Below are positions 11,001 to 20,425 of a DNA stretch of 64,000 bases, piece by piece. Within the stretch, counting starts at the first letter, position 1. Each line of letters opens with the position of its first letter. Source of the DNA: an uncultured virus (IMG/VR IMGVR_UViG_3300031993_000020) (lineage: Duplodnaviria; Heunggongvirae; Uroviricota; Caudoviricetes); IMG/VR virus record IMGVR_UViG_3300031993_000020. One strand, written 5' to 3'. Both the position numbers and the translations under genes were made by a program. The notes under the pieces are model-generated. The model saw nothing but the letters and a program-made list of their open reading frames with translations. It had not been told where the DNA came from and made no database searches.

Positions 11001-13088
11001 TTTAATTTCAGTTAAAGGTTCTCCAGATACTTCATCAGTTGCCGGAGTTTGTTCTGCAGTAAGGTCATCAGGTTCCATGATCTTTGCTTCAGAATCTTGC
11101 GGATTTAAATTTAAGTCTTCCCCCGCTAAGAAATTCTCTTCCTCTATTGGAGAGGGCTCTTTAGGAAAAAAATCCACATCTGAATTCGAATCATCTTCCG
11201 TATAATTGAAAGCATCGGAAACTGTATCAGAGGCTTCTTCGTCTCCCAGAGTCACATCAAGGAGATCATTAAGTTTTTTATCCTCTTCACTGCTACCATC
11301 GCTAAAATTCTTCTGCACAACGTCAGCCGGTTGAGACATAACCGCCAAATCAGAGGCGATATCCTGTCCCAGTTCGCTTTCCAGTTGAGCGATACGAATT
11401 TCATCTTGTTTAATCTTAGCTAAGATGTCATTAGCCCTCGGTGAGTTTTCACCAGTAGTAACAAACCAAGCATAAGCAGCCGAACCAAGAGCCATCAGAA
11501 AACCAATAGAAGATGTATTCGGATTTTCACGAATAAATGAATCAAGTTTCCTGATTCCCTTAATCCAAGCAGGATCACGATTAAATATATTAGACAGACT
11601 ATTAAAGAATGATGGCTGTTTTACTCCGACAATTACACGATTGCCGTTTACCGACAAGAATTTCGGAGACAGAGCAACAAGAAGCCCGCCTAAAAATCCA
11701 CCAAAAGGTCCACTATACTTGGCAATATCATCGCTTACTTTAGACCAGAATCCCTGCTCATTATTATAAATAGCGCCTAAATCATAGAGACTCTTGGCTA
11801 ATTCCTGCTTTGTCTCTTCCAGCTCTAACAGTCTATCATCACGGCTGTAAATTTCATCGGCGAAACAAGCCTTAAACTGTCTGGCATTGTGAGTCCGAGC
11901 AAAGTTAGCTAGAGCGACAGTAGATTTAGCCGCTGTAGAAATAGCAGCGTCATCCAATCTTTCAGCATTAGCGAGATTTTTAAGAGCTTCCTCATCATCA
12001 GCTGCCGCTTTGTAAGCAACAGTATCAGAAATCAAAGAAGCGAGACTGGCAATACCAACAGGAGCAATAACTACACCCGCCAGAATACCAGGATTATTAG
12101 AAATAGTTTTTTCAGCTCGTACTAAAACAGGCTGCAATGAAGTTTTATTCCAGGAAGCGAGAGATTTGTACGCAGGACTTCTCGTCAAAGATTTAATTGC
12201 CTGTTTCGCTCCTTGATGAGCAGCGACAGCAACATCTTTCTTCACGGATTTCCAAGCATCGTTGACATCACTGATAATGTCTGCTGGCTGAATACTGAAG
12301 TTTTTGTTTTCAATGCCAGCAATACCTTCTAGATGTTCTTCAATCTTGTCTTCCAAATCATCATCAGTCATAGGTGTCTGATATTCATCTTCAGCTTCGA
12401 TTGCGGTCTCTCCGGTAGGTTCCAACTCGACATAATCATCGGGAATCTCACCTTCGGGAATGTCTCCCTCAGTGATAGCATCAGCAGTGCCTTCAGTAGC
12501 TTCAGTATCTTCGATACCATCTACTTCTTCATCAGTACCCATCATGTCACTATGATTCTTGGCGACATTCAGAATAGCTTCAGTAGCTTCAGCATCAGCG
12601 CCCGTCGCTTGAGAAATCGTTGCAGCGATCTCTTCCGCAGGAACATTTTCCAAAACCTGATTAGCAAAAGTAGGAATAATGTCTATAATCTCAGTTAACT
12701 TCTCTTCCATAGTCTTGCCTTCAGGAGGCACTACTGTATCTGAGAAATTCGTCCGAGAACATAGACGATACACTCGGTTAGAATAGTTTTCATTAGCTGC
12801 TTCAAGAGTAGTCTCTTCTGCGTCTTCCACAGATTTCGCTACTAACGAAACAACTTTTTCTACGAACGCGGGACTTGAACCAGTCGCTTCAGCAATAACG
12901 CTAACATCTTCGGCTTCCACTTTATCAGGATCCACCATCGATATTAGATTGGCAGTAGCAACAGGGTCGCCCGGCGGAACAATAAGCTCATCACCGGCGA
13001 CAATAGCTTCAGCGGCGTTAGCTGCTGGAGACACATCTTCGCCAGTATCAGGGCTAAGTTGCTCCTCTTCAAGTAAAGTTTCTTCCAT
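8091..13088 (-). CDS. Large acidic prohead core/polyprotein-like protein
   Basis: 1665 aa with Asp/Glu-rich blocks, TM-like segments, many F[SA] motifs and C-terminus PGELTLSAA...LLGDKYIK. Confidence 0.55.
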   Translation of the reverse strand: MEETLLEEEQLSPDTGEDVSPAANAAEAIVAGDELIVPPGDPVATANLISMVDPDKVEAEDVSVIAEATGSSPAFVEKVVSLVAKSVEDAEETTLEAANENYSNRVYRLCSRTNFSDTVVPPEGKTMEEKLTEIIDIIPTFANQVLENVPAEEIAATISQATGADAEATEAILNVAKNHSDMMGTDEEVDGIEDTEATEGTADAITEGDIPEGEIPDDYVELEPTGETAIEAEDEYQTPMTDDDLEDKIEEHLEGIAGIENKNFSIQPADIISDVNDAWKSVKKDVAVAAHQGAKQAIKSLTRSPAYKSLASWNKTSLQPVLVRAEKTISNNPGILAGVVIAPVGIASLASLISDTVAYKAAADDEEALKNLANAERLDDAAISTAAKSTVALANFARTHNARQFKACFADEIYSRDDRLLELEETKQELAKSLYDLGAIYNNEQGFWSKVSDDIAKYSGPFGGFLGGLLVALSPKFLSVNGNRVIVGVKQPSFFNSLSNIFNRDPAWIKGIRKLDSFIRENPNTSSIGFLMALGSAAYAWFVTTGENSPRANDILAKIKQDEIRIAQLESELGQDIASDLAVMSQPADVVQKNFSDGSSEEDKKLNDLLDVTLGDEEASDTVSDAFNYTEDDSNSDVDFFPKEPSPIEEENFLAGEDLNLNPQDSEAKIMEPDDLTAEQTPATDEVSGEPLTEIKPETPVQSVIDAHNEQQASNQVQDEMLANNITLESGTMNASLKGINMRKSRYFSRWNFDSAYDAIADTNTDTAKEMSNEEMNNMNKSGEKASAATDLHVSGGAGIDVPNFRQALDNETIYPDLNSVKNSLTFIPLATEAISSPVIAQVWDSEKALPVKPFQSFLRGLCILANASSDSYIDGSDVTYINNLNQAAFKTISQFAMNSMIKDFQSAYSDIHSKEGNQLTFGKFETLVIKSYENLWLQAPPPDYALAQSMPMNQVGKALIDAFSMTILAYTAADISAAAKNVERLYASIKDMIVAARKRDTTTALAAMCRGYDAWAACTKEGEQDCVRFVESHGVSAETLQDVCTSDNPSMTHIDEVISALNSKAVSPADKATQQMTAAWGKLGEALKGGPLSDVTLTKLETEVFPMVQQYLSDMHAQLSSIKNVIGSADMLVNQEDLQALYDEVLSFDFEHAEKAQFDSFARDIAEYFGGNSRALMSELFAGFGSGEWKKAQEKFGSEARKADITKAHEVLNSFDKARLKLLGLLGKITGNRGFLQAQIITAASMIPDLKARIKFETLANTILDYEKNDTVASMNALRALLGKNSQTINERIASIKNKIANNKNLDQQTRDKISNAWDELKDAVDDQSNGMINALRALLNSGDIESYMNAVGETSDPEAKVVPFSRARYAEDLNNLRRIKIAMRRYYSAVEKLKKNPKNFSKCFEYPVDEYPVDGMTDSEAWVLNDLSEEDYCGNNNMFCGKKKAFSKKKRANPFNRYYFAEDGEDAPVEEEEEVDEEMIEAPAEDEGMEDVATDEEFEGGDDEFAMENDEDTGDAEELPDEEWDMEADTVDNEGGEEEFEAEGAEYDTDDAGIEAPAVVAPTREDTEVPHWGSDSDVMDSMLDDESIMQSEYADQYDSKPGELTLSAANAGEAMAIQNDLAVLHGVDQLKGESNFSRARRAVRRPVSRMSSLQKLLGDKYIK

Positions 13089-13097
13089 TAACGCCCC

Positions 13098-14408
13098 CTA
13101 GTTTAAGCGAAATTTCTTCATCTTGTTTGCTTCTTCAGTCAGAAGTTTATTCGCCAGTTCTTCTTCTTGTTTGTTCCTATATTTTTCAATAGCCATACCA
13201 GCAATCATACCTAGCATAGCAGTATCGAAAGTCTTATTCTTTAGAAGATTTACTCCGGTTTTAGCCAGAGAACCAACCGTCTCAGTCACTAATGAATAAT
13301 TAGTGTGCAATTTATTCTGTAACTTATCGAGGTTCTTTAAGATAGCAGCTTTGGTGGCGTCAGAAGTCTTAGTATCTTCTTTTAATACTTGTCGAACTTC
13401 ATTAATATCATTATCAAACTGGGTTTTAAATTCACTAATAACCTGATTGATTTTGATATTCTGTGCAGTTATTTCTTCTAAGGTTTTACCATGTCTAGCC
13501 ATAACTTGTGATAACTGCTGTACCTTGCTTGTTAACTGACTATTTAAGACTCCCTCTCCGATTATAGTGGCCAGAGAGACTCCAACCATAGGAAGGGAGA
13601 AAAAAGCAGCATTCAGTTTAGAAGCAGCGTTTAAACCTTTTACAGCAGCACTCGTTCCTAGTTGAGCTAAAGAACCCTGAGTCAAAGTAGGAACTTTAGA
13701 GATCAGATTAGCTGATAAAGCATTCATAGCTTCAGGACCACCAGCTAAATAACCGGCAGCAGGAAACATGCTGACAATCGTACTAACGATAAAACCATGA
13801 GGCTGTTCCGGATGTGCTTCATCATAGGATTTGATAAACTGATTAAAGATATCAGTGGAAGCCTCAATAGCTTTCTGCAACTCAGCTATCTTTTCCTGTT
13901 TTGTAGGATCATAATCCGGTAATTTACTTGTCTCTTCTAACTGCTTAATTAAATCGCCATCAAGAATCGACTGAAACAAATCACTCTTATAGAATTCTTC
14001 CTGTTTGTCCAAAGCATAAGCAACTTCTTTGTATTTTGGATTTCCTGTCTGTTTTAAAATGTCGGCCAGTTCACGACCGACTTCGCTAACGAGACTTAAC
14101 AGTTTCTTCTGTGATTTTAACAGTTCGTCTCTCTTTTGATTAAGAACCTCTTGTTCTTTTACATACTCTTTCGACTTCGTCTTATACTCACGTAACCGAG
14201 AAAAGAAATGAGGTACTTTTTTGAAAATCAGCTTAGCTGCTTCTTTCGCGAACGAAAAGAGTAGTAGCAGTGATGCTACAATCTTAATTGCGGGCAAAAT
14301 AGCAGCCAAAGCCGGTATAACAAAAGGAAAGGCAAAGTTCTGTCTGGCAAAATTTTGTGTACGACGAAATGATTTCATCGCTTCACGGTAGTCTTTATAT
14401 TCATTCAT
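13098..14408 (-). CDS. Putative internal virion protein (hydrophobic helix plus coiled coil)
   Basis: 436 aa; QNFARQNFA followed directly by a hydrophobic helix. Confidence 0.55.
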   Translation of the reverse strand: MNEYKDYREAMKSFRRTQNFARQNFAFPFVIPALAAILPAIKIVASLLLLFSFAKEAAKLIFKKVPHFFSRLREYKTKSKEYVKEQEVLNQKRDELLKSQKKLLSLVSEVGRELADILKQTGNPKYKEVAYALDKQEEFYKSDLFQSILDGDLIKQLEETSKLPDYDPTKQEKIAELQKAIEASTDIFNQFIKSYDEAHPEQPHGFIVSTIVSMFPAAGYLAGGPEAMNALSANLISKVPTLTQGSLAQLGTSAAVKGLNAASKLNAAFFSLPMVGVSLATIIGEGVLNSQLTSKVQQLSQVMARHGKTLEEITAQNIKINQVISEFKTQFDNDINEVRQVLKEDTKTSDATKAAILKNLDKLQNKLHTNYSLVTETVGSLAKTGVNLLKNKTFDTAMLGMIAGMAIEKYRNKQEEELANKLLTEEANKMKKFRLN

Positions 14409-15488
14409 TCATTTCTTCTCCGTGTTTGCTAAACGCTTTACCACAAGGTCATGAATTTCATTAAGCGCAACTTCAATATAGTGGATAATAATAGTAGTCA
14501 CTACTGTTCCACCAAGGATCTTCATTGGTTCTTCCAGACCAAGAGCTTTTAAAGCCTTTTCAGTGATAGAAGATTCCCAAAAGCCAAAATTCTTTCTGCT
14601 AAAGTCCATCTTAGGCGGAGTTCCATAGATATTAGGAACCGGAGGCGGTTCCATGTTAGTTTCAGAAACAGTTGCAGCCTCTTCGATAGGCATTGCTGTA
14701 GAATTTTCTGTTGTCTCTTGATCCATAAGTACAGGTTTTGGATAACTCGTTTTTTCTTTGTCCTCAAAAACAGGCTCACTAACATCGCTCGGAACCTCTA
14801 TAACAGGTTCCGTTTCAGATTCTACAACAGGTTCCTGAGGAACAGATTGAGGTTCTGGTTTCGGCTCTGGCTTCGGAGGAATATATGGTCTCGGTGCTGG
14901 TGCAGGAGGCGGTATTGGAGCAGGAGGCGGAGCAATCATCTGGGTCACAACAGGCAATGTAATAACAGATTGAGAAGCTTCGATCTCTTTCTGCTTGCGC
15001 CTATCTTCCAAGAGCCCAATAATATATTGTCTCTCTTCATACTCTTCTTTTAATAAACGCTCATACAGTTTTTCATTAAAAGCTTTGTCCTTTTCTGCAG
15101 ATTTGTAATTATCAAACAGAGCAGTCAAAAGCTCAGTAAGAGCAATACCACCTAAACTAGCAGCAGCGGCAATAGCCATACCAGCTTGAATCTTGCTGGC
15201 GAGACTAAAATTCTTCGCAATGGCAATACCTTCTTTCGCTGCTTCGTCAGCCATACCAACCAAAGCTGCTTTGCTCTGTTGATCTGCCTCTTGAATATTC
15301 TGTAAAGCCTCTTTCTTCTCTTCCTGAATAGCGTCTAAATTAGCCTTAGCCTCTTGTAACTCAGCAAGATTCTCTTCTGACACATAAGGACATTTGCCAT
15401 TTTCTTTCGCTTCTTCAATTAATGAACGATCCAGAATATTTGCGACTTTAAAGAATCTTTTTACTGCGGAGAGAATATGCTCAAACAT
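14409..15488 (-). CDS. Putative internal virion protein with a Pro-rich linker
   Basis: GGAGG RBS before ATG 15488; KNFSL and KNFGF each precede hydrophobic segments; PPPAPIPPPAP tract. Confidence 0.55.
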   Translation of the reverse strand: MFEHILSAVKRFFKVANILDRSLIEEAKENGKCPYVSEENLAELQEAKANLDAIQEEKKEALQNIQEADQQSKAALVGMADEAAKEGIAIAKNFSLASKIQAGMAIAAAASLGGIALTELLTALFDNYKSAEKDKAFNEKLYERLLKEEYEERQYIIGLLEDRRKQKEIEASQSVITLPVVTQMIAPPPAPIPPPAPAPRPYIPPKPEPKPEPQSVPQEPVVESETEPVIEVPSDVSEPVFEDKEKTSYPKPVLMDQETTENSTAMPIEEAATVSETNMEPPPVPNIYGTPPKMDFSRKNFGFWESSITEKALKALGLEEPMKILGGTVVTTIIIHYIEVALNEIHDLVVKRLANTEKK

Positions 15489-15489
15489 T

Positions 15490-17685
15490 TCAACCTCCAC
15501 TTGTATTATAACCTAGGTAATCCATACCCATATGGAAACGTTTTGACTCTTTTTCAATCCTCGCCAATTGCATATTCAACTGATTTCTCTTAAGAGCCAA
15601 ATTGGCAAGTTCAGCTTCTAGCTCTTTCTCACGATATGAAATACGGTTTAATTTGTCTTCAACTGTAGCAACAGCAGCAACGCTTAAAGCACCGATTAAA
15701 AGAGCTGGAGCAATTGGGAAGAGTAACAGCTTAGCAGCGGCTGCTACAGGTGCAGCTATAACTGCAGGAACAGCAAAATGCTTAGTAACTTGCACCATAC
15801 CATAGGCACTGCCATACTTGCCACTCTTCTTGGATTGTGGCATAGCAGCAAGAGCAGCTCGCTCATTCTCCAAATCAGCAGTCAGCTGTGCGATCTTGTG
15901 TTCTATTTGCTTAATTTCGATCTTTGACGCTTCAGCTTGATTAACCAGAACACTCAATGCTTTGTCTTCATCCGCATTTATACCCCAGTAAATAGCTCCT
16001 GCCGGAATAGCAGTACCAATACCAACTAAGGCAGTTTTACCTAGAATAGATTTGGCATCTTTCAATACCGCATTTGCTTTCTGCATTAACGGGTCTACAG
16101 CTTTACTTCCCGGCTGACAGGCTTTAACACCTTTAATCACAAACTCCTGCCTCTGTTTTGTAGGCAAGCTACGTAAAGTAGCCAAGAATTTCCCAGGGAC
16201 AGAAGCACCTAATTGAGAAGTAGCCATCGGTACAGCAGTAGCTAATTCAGTTTTGACTAACTGTTCGACTTGATCGAAATTCTTAGAAATCCGTTCGAGC
16301 TCTTTAGCGAATTTACTGGAATCAACCCGTGCTGTCTTAATAATATCTCTAGCCGCTTTACCTTTATCAGTTGCATTTCTAAAGATGTATAAAGCATCAT
16401 CTTTGAAAGAACCAGAGGTCTTCTTCAATAAAGATTCAAACTGCGAAGCAAAACTTTCAGCACTTAAAACACCAGAGTTAAAACCAGATGTCAAGTTGGC
16501 AGACTTTTCAATAAAATTCTTATTTTGAGCAGCTAGATCGGTGATCTTTTTCAGTGAAGAACCGCGAATATTCTCCAGAGATTTTGCATTTCGTTCCAAA
16601 AGATTCTGAAAATCCTTTGTCAACGACCGGAAATATTCTTGGGAAATTTCGCCATTCTTTAACTGTTTTGCCGCACTTGTTATGGCAGCTTTAGTGTTTA
16701 AAACACCACTCTTAATAATGTCTGCTTCCAGAGTCGTATTACTCAAGTCAAAAGCACGAACACCTTTAACTTTATTAAGAAAATCAGCGGCAGTCTGAGA
16801 AATAACTTTCTGACCTTTTAGCCTTCCGACGTTAGCCAGTTCTCCATCCAAGCCCATTAAAAATGGTGAATGAACAACATCTTTAACTAACTGTCCAGCT
16901 TCTTTTGCTGCAGTCTTTGCGGCTTCTTTTAAATAAGGAAGTTCAGCTTTAACCGCTTGTAGACCTTTTCCAGCACCTACAGCGATAGTTGTTTTAACAC
17001 CAGGAGCTGCCTTTACTACAGACTGTACTACGGGACTTTCAGTAACGGATTTAGCGGCAGACTGAATACCCTTGATCGCTTTAGCTCCAGCCTGTGAATT
17101 GGCTACAGCTGTCTTAATGTTACCCAGCGATTTAAGAGCTTGTCCTGCTACATTCTTTAATGCCCCGCCGAGAGCTGCTACGTTATAATTCTTTCTCGAA
17201 AAATTCTGCTTCGTACTGTAACGAGTATTACTCTTAACAGTTTCGATAGCTGATAAGACATTTTCGAAATTAACAGGAACAAAAGTAGCGATTTCAGTAG
17301 CTAAACCTTCAGCAGAAAAATTATTCACTACCTCTTCATTTAAAGCAAATGTAATTTTAGCTAACCCAACTGGTCCACATTTTTTCGGCTGCTGAAACTG
17401 AAAATTCTGAAAACAGGAGCCTAAATAAGTCATAGCCTGACTAAAATTCTTCAGGACTACTTCCTCGTCTTTGCCGTTGCCGATCATGTCATTGACATCA
17501 TCTACGGCTTCAACAATACACTCAACCAAATCTTCAGGAGTTCCAGTAGAACGAGCAATAGCAGAAACTGTTTCCTCGTCAACTAGCTTAGGATTAAGAT
17601 ATCCGGCAATACTAACTACATTCATAAGTGGAGCCAAGTTGCCAAATTCTTCCTGGGTGTTTTGTAAAATATCGTTATTCATCAT
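15490..17685 (-). CDS. Putative internal virion/ejection protein
   Basis: Probable start overlaps the protease stop; NFS motifs, Ala/Lys-rich body, two TM-like helices and coiled coils. Confidence 0.55.
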   Translation of the reverse strand: MMNNDILQNTQEEFGNLAPLMNVVSIAGYLNPKLVDEETVSAIARSTGTPEDLVECIVEAVDDVNDMIGNGKDEEVVLKNFSQAMTYLGSCFQNFQFQQPKKCGPVGLAKITFALNEEVVNNFSAEGLATEIATFVPVNFENVLSAIETVKSNTRYSTKQNFSRKNYNVAALGGALKNVAGQALKSLGNIKTAVANSQAGAKAIKGIQSAAKSVTESPVVQSVVKAAPGVKTTIAVGAGKGLQAVKAELPYLKEAAKTAAKEAGQLVKDVVHSPFLMGLDGELANVGRLKGQKVISQTAADFLNKVKGVRAFDLSNTTLEADIIKSGVLNTKAAITSAAKQLKNGEISQEYFRSLTKDFQNLLERNAKSLENIRGSSLKKITDLAAQNKNFIEKSANLTSGFNSGVLSAESFASQFESLLKKTSGSFKDDALYIFRNATDKGKAARDIIKTARVDSSKFAKELERISKNFDQVEQLVKTELATAVPMATSQLGASVPGKFLATLRSLPTKQRQEFVIKGVKACQPGSKAVDPLMQKANAVLKDAKSILGKTALVGIGTAIPAGAIYWGINADEDKALSVLVNQAEASKIEIKQIEHKIAQLTADLENERAALAAMPQSKKSGKYGSAYGMVQVTKHFAVPAVIAAPVAAAAKLLLFPIAPALLIGALSVAAVATVEDKLNRISYREKELEAELANLALKRNQLNMQLARIEKESKRFHMGMDYLGYNTSGG

Positions 17686-18742
17686 CCATTCCTTCGGGCG
17701 CTTTTGCTCCCGCGTTCTTTGCAACATCAGTTCCATTCAGAAGAGCCAGACTAATACCAGCCTTCTTACAAATAAATGTCCACAGCGAAGTCAAAAGCTC
17801 TTCGATTAACGTATTCAATTTGGCTTGATCTAATCTGGACATGTACCCCATGCGGAGATACGTATTCTTGATCATATTCGCTCTTTGATTAAACGTATTA
17901 GCCAACTTCGGATTGTCTAAATACCGGTTAATACGAAGCCCCAGAGCAATATTGATCCGTCCATCACCGGAAATAGCATTCGCCATCCAGTTATAAATTA
18001 AATCGTTCACATAAGCCTGAATCTGCTGAGAACTACTACGAATTAGAGTAGGTGACAAAGATTTTAAAACACGAATCGTATCAATAATACGACCAGATAA
18101 GATCAAATAATAAGGTTTCTTCGACTCGCGAATAATCTCTCTAAGAGAAAAGTTCGTCGTATTATCCTGAATAATAGCAGACTGTTGACGCCCATTAGTA
18201 TTCGAGAAATTAACGAATAATTTTCCCTGAGCTGTCCGTGAAAAATTCTTCTTGATTGAGATAATACCAGAACCAATAAAGAAATTATCCAGAGTAAAGT
18301 CACAACCAATAAGTTCCTGAATATCGTAATTTCCATTCGGATTCTCGATAGATTCAGTAGCCATTGAAACACCTACATAGGTGCCCTTCTTGATCAACTC
18401 TTTTACTTTTCCAGCTGCTGGGAAAGCTGCGGGATCAAATAGATCAATGGCTGCATACGCAGAATTGCCTTCAATCCAGACGTCACGGATAACGCCACAC
18501 ATATCGGGATGAGTAGCAAGAATGTCATCATAAGGAGTCCCCGTTTTTGAATTGTCTGCAAAATCACGTCCTTGATGAGTCAGTAAGCATTTAAGCATAC
18601 CGTTTTTCAGACGTTTCTTGTGATAATCGTTCTCAATAACATTTTTGATAAACGATTCTTTGGACATATAGGCTTTTGTGCCAACACCGGGTTGATCAAA
18701 ATCAACCATTCTAACAATTAAATCAGCATCTTTAGTTATCAT
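17675..18742 (-). CDS. Prohead maturation protease (T4 gp21/HK97-type fold)
   Basis: His (LLTHQGR), Ser (YVGVSMAT) and Asp (GCDFT) in the order typical of prohead proteases; upstream of the core and capsid genes. Confidence 0.75.
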   Translation of the reverse strand: MITKDADLIVRMVDFDQPGVGTKAYMSKESFIKNVIENDYHKKRLKNGMLKCLLTHQGRDFADNSKTGTPYDDILATHPDMCGVIRDVWIEGNSAYAAIDLFDPAAFPAAGKVKELIKKGTYVGVSMATESIENPNGNYDIQELIGCDFTLDNFFIGSGIISIKKNFSRTAQGKLFVNFSNTNGRQQSAIIQDNTTNFSLREIIRESKKPYYLILSGRIIDTIRVLKSLSPTLIRSSSQQIQAYVNDLIYNWMANAISGDGRINIALGLRINRYLDNPKLANTFNQRANMIKNTYLRMGYMSRLDQAKLNTLIEELLTSLWTFICKKAGISLALLNGTDVAKNAGAKAPEGMDDE

Positions 18743-18754
18743 AAAATTTCTCCG

Positions 18755-20311
18755 TTATGCAGAAGCAGTGTCAGACTTTTTCTGGAGCCGTGCAGCTGTC
18801 ATCTGAGTTCCACCAGTAATTTCTCGGAAAGAGTCTTTCTTAGATACCCGAACCTGAGCAAGCTGGTATCTTTTATTTTTGAGTGAATCGTATGAATCAA
18901 TGATGAAATTATCCTTGCGTACATAAAGTCTCACTTTTTTGCCACCGTTCACATCCCACATCATAAAGTAAAATATACTATCATCTTCTGGATCGGTATA
19001 ATTCCGACCGTAGATTAAAGCAAAGTGATCTGTAGATTTATCATTGTTTATGTATTTGCTCTGCTTGTGATAGTTAAGTCCGACAAGAACTGGAAGTCTA
19101 CGGTTTAAGCAATTATTAATATAAACGAAAGCATCAAAAGCGGCATCCTTATTAACTTTAATATAAGAACGATTACCCTTTGCGACTTCACTACCAAGAG
19201 AAGCTAAGACAATATGTGCCATTTCCGGGTCTCCCCCAGGAGGCAAGATATACTTTCTATGAAAACCATTATTGTTCAGATAATGATTAATGATAGCTGT
19301 TGCAGTTTTCAGGCAATCAGCGGGCCCTTCTTGTTTTAACCCTCTTATCTTTAGTTCTATGGGATCTAAATCACCATATTTGTCTTCTGAAAATAGAGCA
19401 TTATCTCCGCTTTCCATGAGGTCTTTGATATCATCATATGTTAAGAAACGCGCACTGTCAGTAGGAATTCCTCCAGTAGCATCTCTGACACTTTTATGAC
19501 GATATTCAGTAGACGACTGGGAATCAGAATTTTCATCTACCTCATCGACTTCTTTATTGTACTGAACAGCAAGCTCATCTCGATAACTGTTTGAAGAATA
19601 ATGCAGCTCGACAATGCTAAATTTCGGATCAAAATTGGCGTCAGATAATTTACCCATATCTAAGACACAAACACCATCTTTTTTCGGTTTCAGAATTCCG
19701 ATCTTCTTTACACAATTGTCAGGGTCTACTAAATAACTTTTAATATTATTAAAAACACGTTTAGACGGAATAAAGACATTCATTCGCCCAGGTTGAGGAG
19801 AATGCCACACCAAGACCGGATTATAGATACTAGGGTCTTCTGAAATTGAGACAATCTTAATGGTTCGGTCTTTAATGATATCGAAATACGCAGCTTGTTT
19901 GTGCATAGTCCCTCGAGAAATTTCTTTATCGCGGAACAAATTATCATGTAGCTGAAACTCACTGCGTATCTTTTTCATAAAGTTTTTATCATCAGGACTA
20001 GAATTAAATTTAATAGGTGACTTTATCTTATTGTAAAAATTAGACCCACCCATAAACAAGAAATCCAGGTCCTCGATGAAGAATCTAGCAATAAGAGATA
20101 CAACCTCTGCACAATAAATACTATTTGTATTGCTGTCTGCGTGCTTTACAATTTCCCGCGTATTTGTCGGAAGTTTAGCAACATAATAGTCGTAGAGCTT
20201 ACTATTGCTGACGGCATTACTGAAATTATAAGAAATCGCACGGGTGCTATCTGTGTAATTTCTTGAAAAATTTCTGCCTATTACAGCAAAGAAATCTTCA
20301 ATTGCATTCAT
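18755..20311 (-). CDS. Protein with a C-terminal papain-like (peptidase C39-like) domain
   Basis: LKQEGPADCLKTA (Q..C), PVLVG, DHFALIYG (H), MWD (D); N-terminal RNFS/YNFS leader. Confidence 0.6.
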   Translation of the reverse strand: MNAIEDFFAVIGRNFSRNYTDSTRAISYNFSNAVSNSKLYDYYVAKLPTNTREIVKHADSNTNSIYCAEVVSLIARFFIEDLDFLFMGGSNFYNKIKSPIKFNSSPDDKNFMKKIRSEFQLHDNLFRDKEISRGTMHKQAAYFDIIKDRTIKIVSISEDPSIYNPVLVWHSPQPGRMNVFIPSKRVFNNIKSYLVDPDNCVKKIGILKPKKDGVCVLDMGKLSDANFDPKFSIVELHYSSNSYRDELAVQYNKEVDEVDENSDSQSSTEYRHKSVRDATGGIPTDSARFLTYDDIKDLMESGDNALFSEDKYGDLDPIELKIRGLKQEGPADCLKTATAIINHYLNNNGFHRKYILPPGGDPEMAHIVLASLGSEVAKGNRSYIKVNKDAAFDAFVYINNCLNRRLPVLVGLNYHKQSKYINNDKSTDHFALIYGRNYTDPEDDSIFYFMMWDVNGGKKVRLYVRKDNFIIDSYDSLKNKRYQLAQVRVSKKDSFREITGGTQMTAARLQKKSDTASA

Positions 20312-20425
20312 TTGTATCTCCTTAAAAATTTTTCAATCTGATACTACTGCACACCTATTTGATTTGATTGGTGCTGTCCGGTTTAGATGTGCAGTGTGTA
20401 AAAGATTGAATATGCTCTAGTAGAA

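Noticed and set aside
262..12698. Plus-strand ORFs overlapping head genes (e.g. 513..1007, 4292..5191, 8196..9170)
   Set aside because: Antisense shadows of strongly biased minus-strand genes; no RBS or recognisable motifs
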